In this document: piece by piece, positions 19,848 through 29,837 of the stretch
How positions within the stretch are numbered: position 1 is the stretch's first letter
Layout: each line of letters begins with the position of its first letter
Assembly (NCBI GenBank): GCA_945889545.1
Contig: CAMDCC010000001.1
Location: 1 to 38,987, forward strand
Direction: 5' to 3'
Length of the DNA stretch: 38,987 nt
From: Bifidobacterium breve
GTDB lineage: Bacteria > Actinomycetota > Acidimicrobiia > IMCC26256 > PALSA-555
The notes under the pieces: model-generated
Seen by the model: the letters and a program-made list of their open reading frames with translations, nothing else
Told to the model about the DNA's origin: nothing
Databases searched by the model: none
Program-made: the position numbers and the translations under genes

Positions 19848-21212
19848 TCAGACCAGCGAGTAGAGCTCCCACTCGTCGGGGACGCCTTTGAGCTCGTGAC
19901 TCCCGCGGTCTTCGAAGGTGAGGCCGGAGCCGGTGGCGAGGTCCTTCACGGTTCGCGACACCCAGACCTCGCCCGGTCCGGCGAGCGCGGCGACGCGCGA
20001 GCCGATGTTCACGCCGATGCCGCCGACGTCGTCGCCCCGCCGTTCCACCTCGCCGGTGTGCACCCCGGCACGAATCTGCAGGCCCAAGCCGTCGAGTGCC
20101 TTGCGGATCGCGAACGCACATTCGACGGCGCGTGACGGACCGTCGAGCGTCGCGAGCACACCGTCGCCGGTGGTCTTCACCACTCTCCCGCCGAATGCCG
20201 TGACCTGGTCTACCGAGAGCGCGTCGTGGCGATCCAACAGCTCGCGCCACGCGCGGTCGCCCACCGATGCAGCCTTCGTGGTGGAGTCGACGATATCGGT
20301 GAACAGCACGGTGGCGAGAAAACGTTCGGTGGCGACCTTGGCAGTGGGTTGCTCGCCGGTCAGGAACTCCACGAGCTCGTCGGTGTACCAAGCGCTCGGC
20401 CCCTCGTACGTCATGTGGTAGTCGGCGTCGTACTCGACGAAGCGCGCGTTGGGAATGTGCTCCGCGAGGAAGCGGCCCCACGCGACAGGCGTGAGTGGGT
20501 CGCGCGTGCTGTGCAAGACCAGCGTGGGCACGGACACGGTCGAAAGGAGTGAGCGAATATCGATGTCGCGGTTGCACTCAAGGATGTGCCGTGCCATTCG
20601 CGGCGTGCACGCGCCTCGCTCGTAGCGAGCAAACTGCGCCAACACCTTCGGAGTATCGGGGACGTGCTGGCAGAACGGCAGGAGGGCTCGCCCGGTGCCC
20701 CACTCGTCCTCCGTCACAGTGATGAGCAGCTCCACGAGCTCCTTGTCGACGCCTTCCGGATAGTCGGGAGCTGAGAGAAGCCGCGCCATCGTCCCGTATA
20801 CGGCAAGCGAGGCGACGCGCTCAGGGTACGTGGCCGCGAAGAGGATCGACATCGGACCGCCCTCCGAGATCCCGAACAGCGAAGCGCGGTCCATCTCGGC
20901 GGCGTCCATCACGGCGCGGATGTCGTCGATGCGCTCCTCCAGGCTGCCGAACCCGAGGTCGCGGTCGGAGAGGCCCGTGCCGCGCTTGTCGAAGACCACA
21001 CATCGGGCAACCGCGCCGAGTCGCTCGAGGATCGGGGCGAACGTCGGCACGTCCCACAAGTAGTCGAGGTTCGAGATGAAGCCCGGGACGGCGACGATGT
21101 TGGTTGGTCCGTCACCAAACGTCTGGAAAGCGATCCGGAGGTTGCCGGACGTCGTCGCGTACCGGACCTCGTCGGGCGGCTGCACGCCGTCACCGTAACC
21201 CTCCACGCCCAT
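19848..21212 (-). CDS. Alpha/beta-hydrolase domain fused to a class III adenylate/guanylate cyclase domain
   Basis: The N-terminal half has the hydrolase nucleophile elbow GISEGG. The C-terminal half has FTDIVDST, VKTTGDGVLA and GIGVNIGSRV, i.e. the metal Asp pair, Lys, Asn and Arg. The start is uncertain (ATG 21212, ATG 21233 or GTG 21359). Confidence 0.8.
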   Translation of the reverse strand: MGVEGYGDGVQPPDEVRYATTSGNLRIAFQTFGDGPTNIVAVPGFISNLDYLWDVPTFAPILERLGAVARCVVFDKRGTGLSDRDLGFGSLEERIDDIRAVMDAAEMDRASLFGISEGGPMSILFAATYPERVASLAVYGTMARLLSAPDYPEGVDKELVELLITVTEDEWGTGRALLPFCQHVPDTPKVLAQFARYERGACTPRMARHILECNRDIDIRSLLSTVSVPTLVLHSTRDPLTPVAWGRFLAEHIPNARFVEYDADYHMTYEGPSAWYTDELVEFLTGEQPTAKVATERFLATVLFTDIVDSTTKAASVGDRAWRELLDRHDALSVDQVTAFGGRVVKTTGDGVLATLDGPSRAVECAFAIRKALDGLGLQIRAGVHTGEVERRGDDVGGIGVNIGSRVAALAGPGEVWVSRTVKDLATGSGLTFEDRGSHELKGVPDEWELYSLV

Positions 21213-21251
21213 GGCGTGTCCCGGTCTGCGCATGATTCGAGGAGGTGGACG

Positions 21252-21839
21252 ATGGCCCAAGCCGCGAGAGATCCCTACGCTGGTCCCATGGCACTGGGTA
21301 CCGAGTGGGGCAAGCCACTCACGGTCGAGGACGTGTGGCGGATCCCCGACGACGGGCACCGCTACGAACTATGCGACGGCGTGCTGCTCGTGAGCCCGGC
21401 ACCGCGAGTTCTCCACCAGCTCGCGTCCTCGCGCTTGTTCGTGCCGCTGTTCGAAGCAGTGCAAGGCACCGAGCTTGTAGCGCTGTACGCGCCCGTCGAT
21501 TGGAAGCTCGACGAGCACAACCTGTTCCAGCCCGACATCATCGTCGTCGCAGCCGCGGATCTCGGCGAGTTGCGCCTCGAGGACGCGCCGCCACTGCTCG
21601 CGGTGGAGGTGTTGTCACCGAGTACTCGCGTCGTCGATCAGACACTCAAACGGGCGAAGTACGAAGAAGCCGGCGTGCAGCACTACTGGATCGTCGACCC
21701 GACTCGTCCGAGCCTCAACGCGCTCGAACTCGACGAGCGAGGTGTCTACTTCGAACGAGCGGTGATCGAAGGCGACGAGGTGTTCGAGACGACGAACCCC
21801 GTGACCGTGCGTATCGTCCCGAGCAAGCTCCTGGCCTGA
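21252..21839 (+). CDS. Uma2-family (DUF820) PD-(D/E)xK-type putative endonuclease
   Basis: YELCDGVLLVSPAP...H, QPDIIVV and AVEVLSP.....D...K...Y...GV..YWIVDP form the Uma2 family pattern. The ATG at 21252 lies 6 nt after AGGAGG. Confidence 0.75.
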   Translation: MAQAARDPYAGPMALGTEWGKPLTVEDVWRIPDDGHRYELCDGVLLVSPAPRVLHQLASSRLFVPLFEAVQGTELVALYAPVDWKLDEHNLFQPDIIVVAAADLGELRLEDAPPLLAVEVLSPSTRVVDQTLKRAKYEEAGVQHYWIVDPTRPSLNALELDERGVYFERAVIEGDEVFETTNPVTVRIVPSKLLA

Positions 21840-21846
21840 CTGGCGC

Positions 21847-23360
21847 TTAGAAGAAGGTTGCGTCTCCGGCGAACGTGAGCCAGGTGCCGGGGAGGATGCC
21901 GGCGAAGAGGACGGCCGCGACTGCGACGGTGAGGACGATGGCGGTCCAGCTGTCGACCTTGCGGTCTTCGGTGGCTTCGTCGTCCGCCGCGGGTGCCGCA
22001 GCTTCCTCGCCGTCGGGCTTGGTGAAGAGCGCGACCGAGATGCGCAGGTAGAAGAAGGCGGCCACAACGGCGGCGAGCACGCCGATGGTGGCGAGCCCGT
22101 ACTCACCGGCGTCGACGGCCGACGAGAAGATCTCGAGCTTCACCACGAAGCCACCGGTGAGCGGCACGCCGGCTTGGGCGAGCACAAAGAACGCGAGCAA
22201 CCCACCGACCACCGGGCGGCGCAACGCAAGGCCGCGGTAGTCGTCAAGCGAGTGGTGGTCGTCGCCCTTGCGCGTGGCCACGGTGATCACGGCGAATGCA
22301 CCGACGGTCATGAACGCGTACACGAGGAGATACAGGAGCGCCGATTGACGACCGCGCGCCGTGTCGGCCTGGATGCCCATGAGGATGTAACCCGCGTGCG
22401 CGATCGATGAGTACGCCAGGATGCGCTTCACGTCGGTCTGCACAACAGCCGCGACGCTTCCCACCACGAGTGAGAGTGCGGCGAGTGCCGCGAGCACCGG
22501 TCGCCAGTCGTTGCGGTACAGCGGGAAGGCCACGCCCAAGAGGCGCAGCAACGCGGCGAACCCGGCGGCCTTGGTGGCCGACGCCATGAACGCGGTGACG
22601 GGTGTGGGCGCGCCTTGGTACACGTCGGGCGTCCACATGTGGAACGGCACCGCCGAGACCTTGAAGCCGATGCCGACCAGCAACAACGCCAGGCCCGCGA
22701 GCAGCGTGCCCTGCTCGAACAGCGTGTTCTGGGCGAGAAAGTCGGAGATCCCGGTGATCGATGTGGTGCCGGTGGCGCCGTAGACCAGCGCAACGCCATA
22801 CAGGAGGACCGCGGACGAGAACGCGCCCAGCACGAAGTACTTGATGCCCGACTCCTGCGACGACAGTCGGCGCCTGTCGAACGCCGCAAGCACGTACAGC
22901 GGGATCGACAGCACCTCGAGCGCGACGAACACGACGATCAGGTCGTTGGCCGTGGTCATCGCCACCATGCCCGCGGCTGACAACAACATGAGCGCGTAGT
23001 ACTCAGGAGCTTCGAGGTTCTCGCGCTCGAGATACGACGCGGCGAGGAACAGTGCCATCGCGGTAGCCGCGACCACGACCACACCGAGGAACACACCGAA
23101 GAGGTCGACTCGCACGGAGCCGACGATCGTGGTGAGCGGACCGTTGTCGCGGACGTCGTTCCACTGGAAGCCGAGGAGCGCGCCGGCCGCGCCGACGCCG
23201 ATGATCGAGACCCAGAGTGAGATCTGGTTGACCGGTCCGCGCTTGCGGAGGATCGCCTTGGCCAGGATCACCACCAGCGCAGCGACCACGAGCGCTATCT
23301 CCGGCCCGACGCCGAGGAAGTCGATGTCGGGCGCGGGAATCGTCGCCTGCGCGAGGAAGC

Positions 23361-23364
<4 letters not shown>
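21847..23364 (-). CDS. nuoN: NADH-quinone oxidoreductase subunit N (operon 2)
   Basis: 505 aa, ND2/NuoN-like. Its start overlaps the nuoM2 stop. Confidence 0.92.
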
Positions 23365-24952
<1,588 letters not shown>

Positions 24953-24953
<1 letters not shown>

Positions 24954-26974
24954 CAGCGGCCCACGTAGAGGAGGAAGAAGAGGAGCAGACCGACCATGCC
25001 GATGACGATCCACAGCGCGTAGGTGCGCACGCGGCCGGTCTGAACCTTGCGCAGGCCGAGCGCGCCACGCTGCACGAGCGCGCCCACTCCGTTGACTGCG
25101 CCGTCGACGCCGCGCACGTCGAACGTGTCACTCAGCCAGGTCGCGGCTCGCTTCAGCGGTCCGCCCACAAGCCGACTGACGCCCTCGTCGAAGTAGTAGG
25201 CGTTGCCGAACACCCGGCCGAGCGGGCCGAGGCGCGCGACCACCGGGTCCTGGTCGGGTGCATCGAGCCCGCGCCGGTAGAGCTTGATGGCGAGCCCGAT
25301 GCCGATGAGCGCCACGAGCACCGACGCGCCCGCGAGCGCGAGGCCCTTGGCGAAGCTCGGCGTGTGGATCTCGGGCACGTCTTCGAAGACCGGGTGCAGC
25401 CACTCGACGAGGAACTCGAGCCCCTTCAACGGGATGCTCAGGAATCCACCGACCATCGCCAACCCCGCCAACAACAACACCGGCATCGCCATCGTCGGCG
25501 GCGCTTCGTGCGGCGGATGGTCTTCCGAAACTTTGACGGCACGCACTGGCTCGCCAAACGCGACCGTCGGCTCCTCGGGGTCCCATTCGAGCTCGGGCTC
25601 CGCGTCGTCGGCGCCGCCGCTGACGACAGGTACGGCCTTCCAACGCTCGTTGCCGAGGAACACGAGGAAGATGAGGCGCGTCATGTAGAAGCCGGTGAGC
25701 AGCGCGGCGAGCACGCCGAACACCCACACGCCGTACTCCTCGACGAGGAACGCCTTGGTGAGGATCTCGTCCTTCGACCAGAAACCCGAGAATGGCGGGA
25801 CGCCCGCAATCGCCAGCCACGCGATCACCATCGACAGCGCCGTGATCGGGAGCAGCTTGCGGAACCCGCCCATGATCCGCATGTCCTGGTTGTCGCCGTT
25901 GCCGTGGATCACCGAACCTGCGCCGAGGAACAACGTGGCCTTGAAGAACGCGTGGGTGACCACGTGGAAGATGGCCGCGGAGTACGCGCCAACGCCGAGC
26001 GCGAGGAACATGAAGCCGATCTGACTGATCGTGGAGTAAGCGAGCACACGTTTGATGTCGGGCTGCACGATCGCCACGGTCGCGGCAAGGAGCGCAGTGC
26101 CGGCACCGACCCAGGCGACGACGGTCATGGCGTCGGGACTGGCCTCGAAGTACGGATGAGCGCGGGCGATGATGAACACGCCCGCGGTCACCATCGTGGC
26201 GGCGTGGATGAGCGCCGACACCGGCGTTGGGCCTTCCATCGCATCGGGGAGCCAGAAGTGCAGCGGGAACTGCGCGCTCTTCCCCACCGCGCCCAACAAG
26301 AGGAGGAGCGCGATCACGGTGGCGGTGCCGCTCGCCAGCCCACTGGCCGCGCCGAGCGCCGAGTAGTCGAGCGATCCGACCTCCGAGAAGATCAGGAACA
26401 TCGCGATCATGAACCCGAGGTCGCCGATGCGCGTGGTGATGAACGCCTTCTTGCCCGCCAACGCTGCGCCGCGCCGCTCGAACCAGAACGAGATGAGGAG
26501 GTACGAGCACAGCCCCACGCCTTCCCATCCGAGGAAGGTGACGAGGAAGCTCGAGCCGAGCACGAGGATCAGCATCGAGGCGCAGAACAGGTTCATGTAG
26601 GCGAAGAACCGGGAGAAGCGCTCGTCGCCGTGCATGTAGCCGACGGCAAACACGTGGATCAGCGTGCCGACGCCGGTGACGAAGAGGATGAAGGTGACTG
26701 ACAACGGGTCGACGAGGAAGCCCATGTCGACGTGCAGGCCGCCCGACGGCAGCCAGGTGAAGATCGTGGTCACGTGCGAACGTTCGTGAGCGGGAAGGTC
26801 GTGGAGCGCGAAGAACGTTACGAGCGACCAGACGAAGGCGAGCGCCATCGTGCCGCTGGCCAACCATCCGGCCTTCGGTTCGCCGATGCGCTTGCCCGCG
26901 AGCAGCAGCACTCCCGCGCCGAGGAGCGGCAGCAGTGGCACGAGCCACACGAGGTCGAGCAGATCGCGCGCCAT
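24953..26974 (-). CDS. nuoL: NADH-quinone oxidoreductase subunit L (operon 2)
   Basis: 673 aa, ND5/NuoL-like (FPLHFWLPDAMEGPTPVSALIHAATMV). Confidence 0.93.
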
Positions 26975-27288
26975 CAGCCTTTGAGCACGTCGAGGTCGTC
27001 GGCGGTCGCGCCGCTCCGGCGGCGGAAGATCGCCACGATGATCGCCAGGCCAACGGCAACTTCCGCCGCGGCCACCGCGAGGGTGAAGAACACCAGCACC
27101 TGGCCGGTGACGTCGTCAAGCATCTTGGCGAACGTCACGAACGTGAGGTTCACCGCGTTCAGCATGAGCTCCACGCACATGAACATCACGAGCACGTTGC
27201 GTCGGACCAAGAGCCCCACCGCGCCGATCGTGAAGAGCAGCGCAGCGAGAATCAGGTAGTAGCTGCCGGTGATCTCCAGCGCGATCAC
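26974..27288 (-). CDS. nuoK: NADH-quinone oxidoreductase subunit K (operon 2)
   Basis: Last 104 codons of track ORF 26974..27591. Its GTG start overlaps the nuoJ2 stop (GTGA). CVELMLNAV...[11 protein letters not shown]. Confidence 0.88.
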   Translation of the reverse strand: MIALEITGSYYLILAALLFTIGAVGLLVRRNVLVMFMCVELMLNAVNLTFVTFAKMLDDVTGQVLVFFTLAVAAAEVAVGLAIIVAIFRRRSGATADDLDVLKG

Positions 27289-27926
27289 GAGGTCCCCTCG
27301 CTCGTCTCGGCATCGGCTTCCGGACGTTCTCCCGAACCACTCCCTGGTCGCGCTCGCTCCGCAGCTGGGATACCCGGCCCGGGATCCTCTGGACGCTCGC
27401 CGCTCCGGCGCGCCAAGACGATGGCGCCGATCACGGCGACCACGAGCAACGCGGCGGTGAGCTGGAACGGCCACAGGAAGTCGGTGAAGAGCACGCGGGC
27501 GACGCGTTCGATGTTGTTGCCCGGATCGGTTCCGGTGTCCATCAGGCCGTGGATCGGCACGCCGTGCGCGGTCTGCGCGCCGGTCGCCCACTCGTGCCCG
27601 GCGAGCACCAGCACCTCGCCCAGCATCAGCACGCCGAGCACGATCGCCGCGGGGCGCTGGAGCTTGATCGGGTCGCTCAGCGTCTCTTCACGGTCGACGC
27701 CCAGCAACATGATCACGAACAGGAACAGCACGACGATGGCGCCGGCGTACACGATCACCTGCACCGCGGCCACGAGCTGCGCGCTCTGGAGCAGGAAGAA
27801 CACGGCCACGCTCAACAGAGTGAGCACGAGCCACAGCGCCGAGTGCACCGGGTTGCGCGACAGCACCACACCGAGTGCACCCGCAAGTGCGGCGGCCGCG
27901 AACAGGAAGAAGAGGACGGCCGTCAT
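27285..27926 (-). CDS. nuoJ: NADH-quinone oxidoreductase subunit J (operon 2), with a charged C-terminal tail
   Basis: 213 aa with an ND6/NuoJ-like hydrophobic core, followed by a ~45-aa Pro/Gly/Glu-rich tail. Confidence 0.88.
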   Translation of the reverse strand: MTAVLFFLFAAAALAGALGVVLSRNPVHSALWLVLTLLSVAVFFLLQSAQLVAAVQVIVYAGAIVVLFLFVIMLLGVDREETLSDPIKLQRPAAIVLGVLMLGEVLVLAGHEWATGAQTAHGVPIHGLMDTGTDPGNNIERVARVLFTDFLWPFQLTAALLVVAVIGAIVLARRSGERPEDPGPGIPAAERARPGSGSGERPEADAETSEGTS

Positions 27927-28525
27927 GCGGACTCCTCGGATGGACGCTGACCCTGCTCGGGCTCACGCACACCGAAGCCGAGCTCGCCCGACCAACCGAC
28001 GCGACCTTCGTAGTCCGCGTTGCCCGATGGCGCAGTCGCGCGCATCCACGCGCTCGTGTTGTCGTCCTCGCCACCGAGCCAAAGCTCCCAGGGCTGGCGT
28101 TGCGCCCGACCCTTGTCGTCGACGAGCAGCTCCTTGCGCGTGTAGATGGCGTCGTCGCGGTTCGTGAACGAGAACTCGAAGAGCTTGCTCTCGGTGATCG
28201 CCTCGGTCGGGCACGCTTCCACGCAGAGGTCGCAGTGGATGCAGCGCAGGTAGTTGATCTCGTACACGAAGCCGTAGCGCTCACCCGGTGAGACCGGCGC
28301 GTCGGGCGGGTTGTCGGCCCCGCGCACGTAGATGCAGCGGGCCGGGCACACGCCCGCGCACAGCTCACAGCCGATGCACTTCTCCATCCCGTCCTCGTAG
28401 CGGTTGAGGACGTGGCGGCCGTGGAATCGCGGCGGCTTGGCCCGCTTGTGCGCTGGGTAATCGCCGGTGATCTTCGGCTTGAACACCTGCGCGATCGTCA
28501 CGGCGAAACCACCAAACCGGCCCAT
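27923..28525 (-). CDS. nuoI: NADH-quinone oxidoreductase subunit I (operon 2)
   Basis: Track ORF trimmed to MGRFGG behind a GGGAGAGG RBS. Contains CIGCELCAGVCP and CIHCDLCVEACP. It has a C-terminal extension of ~60 aa. Confidence 0.9.
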   Translation of the reverse strand: MGRFGGFAVTIAQVFKPKITGDYPAHKRAKPPRFHGRHVLNRYEDGMEKCIGCELCAGVCPARCIYVRGADNPPDAPVSPGERYGFVYEINYLRCIHCDLCVEACPTEAITESKLFEFSFTNRDDAIYTRKELLVDDKGRAQRQPWELWLGGEDDNTSAWMRATAPSGNADYEGRVGWSGELGFGVREPEQGQRPSEESA

Positions 28526-28620
28526 CAGGACGCACCTCTCCCAGAACGAGCAAGTGACGCTCCGTTGTAAATAACGCGGTTCAGCGTCACTTGCTCGGTT
28601 CGAGAGACTCCCCCGGTCAT
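28525..28620 (-). CDS. Candidate bridging micro-ORF (31 codons) in the nuoH2-nuoI2 spacer
   Basis: Its ATG overlaps the nuoH2 stop (aaATGAcc). The frame MTGGVSRTEQVTLNRVIYNGASLARSGRGAS ends at a TGA sharing its A with the nuoI2 ATG (TGATG). It reads straight through the 15-bp hairpin. There is no homology evidence. Confidence 0.25.
   Translation of the reverse strand: MTGGVSRTEQVTLNRVIYNGASLARSGRGAS
28547..28597 (-). other. Perfect 15-bp stem-loop in the nuoH2-nuoI2 spacer
   Basis: CGAGCAAGTGACGCT, a 21-nt AT-richer loop (ccgttgtaaataacgcggttc), then AGCGTCACTTGCTCG. Confidence 0.8.
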
Positions 28621-29837
28621 TTGATTTCCTCGATCTCTTCACGCTTGGGGATGCAGAGATAGAGGATGCCGAGAATGATCGCGGCGCCGACGAGCGCGGC
28701 GGCCGCGGTGATGAGCATGTCCACCGTTCCTGCGCCGTCTTCGCGGGCGATGACGAGCACGGCCGTGATCATCGCCCAGACAAACGCCACCTCGATGAGC
28801 ACCTTCCAACCAAAGTTCATGAGCTGGTCGTAGCGGAGGCGCGGCAGCGACGCTCGCACCCACACCGTGGCGTACAGCAACACGAGCACCTTCACCATGA
28901 ACCAGACAATGGGCATCACCCACGTGTTGAGCCAGTTGTCGCCCGCAATGCCGAGCCCGGTCAAGCTCGGACCTGACGGGCCGCCGAGGAACAACGTGAC
29001 CGCGATGGCGCACATCGTGATGAGGTTCATGAACTCGGCAAGGAAGAAGATGGCGAAGCGGATGCCCGTGTACTCCGTGTGGAATCCGCCTACGAGCTCC
29101 TGCTCGGCTTCGACGAGATCGAACGGTGGGTGGTTGGTTTCGGCCATAGCCGCGATGAGGAAGATGACGAACGGCACGAACGCAACTTGTGCCCAGTTCC
29201 ACTGACTGACGATCGATCCGATTCCGTCCCAGGCCTGCCCGTTGACGATCTCGCGCGTCGACAGCGATCCCGATTGGATGAGCACTGCAACGATGGCGAG
29301 ACCCATCGCTGCTTCGTAGGAGAGGAGCTGCGCCGACGCGCGCACCGAGCCAAGCAACGGGTACTTCGAGCCCGACGCCCACCCGGCGAGCATCACGCCG
29401 TAGAGACCGATCCCCGACATGGCCAGCAGGAACAGCACACCGATCGGCGGATCCGCGAGCTGGAGGAGCGTGCGGTGGCCGGCGATCGAGACCACGCCAC
29501 CGATGGGCACGATCGCAAAAGCGAGGAACGCGGGAAGGATCGCGAGGTACGGCGCGAGCCGGAACACCGGCTTGTCGGCGGTTGCCGGCTCGGACTGCTC
29601 CTTGAAGAACAGCTTGATCCCGTCGGCGAGCGTCTGGAGGATGCCGAACGGCCCCGCCCGTTGCGGACCGATCCGGTTCTGCATATCGGCGATCACCTTG
29701 CGCATGAACCAGATGTAGAACATCACCGCGACCATCAGCAGCGCGAACACGACGATCGTCTTGACGATGACGATCACCACGATGGTGAGATCGAGGTCGC
29801 CGATCAGCAGCGGGTCGCTTGCGAACGCGGAGATCAC
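28617..29837 (-). CDS. nuoH: NADH-quinone oxidoreductase subunit H (operon 2)
   Basis: 406 aa, ND1/NuoH-like (MQNRIGPQRAGPFGILQTLADGIKLFFKE). Its ATG overlaps the nuoG2 stop. Confidence 0.93.
   Translation of the reverse strand: MISAFASDPLLIGDLDLTIVVIVIVKTIVVFALLMVAVMFYIWFMRKVIADMQNRIGPQRAGPFGILQTLADGIKLFFKEQSEPATADKPVFRLAPYLAILPAFLAFAIVPIGGVVSIAGHRTLLQLADPPIGVLFLLAMSGIGLYGVMLAGWASGSKYPLLGSVRASAQLLSYEAAMGLAIVAVLIQSGSLSTREIVNGQAWDGIGSIVSQWNWAQVAFVPFVIFLIAAMAETNHPPFDLVEAEQELVGGFHTEYTGIRFAIFFLAEFMNLITMCAIAVTLFLGGPSGPSLTGLGIAGDNWLNTWVMPIVWFMVKVLVLLYATVWVRASLPRLRYDQLMNFGWKVLIEVAFVWAMITAVLVIAREDGAGTVDMLITAAAALVGAAIILGILYLCIPKREEIEEIK

Noticed and set aside
18867-21212. Calling the patatin plus cyclase pair a CBASS or Pycsar defence system
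   Set aside because: The cyclase is a class III type fused to a hydrolase, not a CD-NTase. The genes are convergent rather than operonic, and the patatin protein shows no visible cyclic-nucleotide sensor domain. I kept this only as a low-confidence hypothesis in the findings.
25128-27119. 663-aa minus-strand ORF in an alternative frame over nuoL2/nuoK2
   Set aside because: It is out of frame with the genuine ND5- and ND4L-like proteins. Its Arg/Pro/Gly-rich translation has no membrane-protein character.
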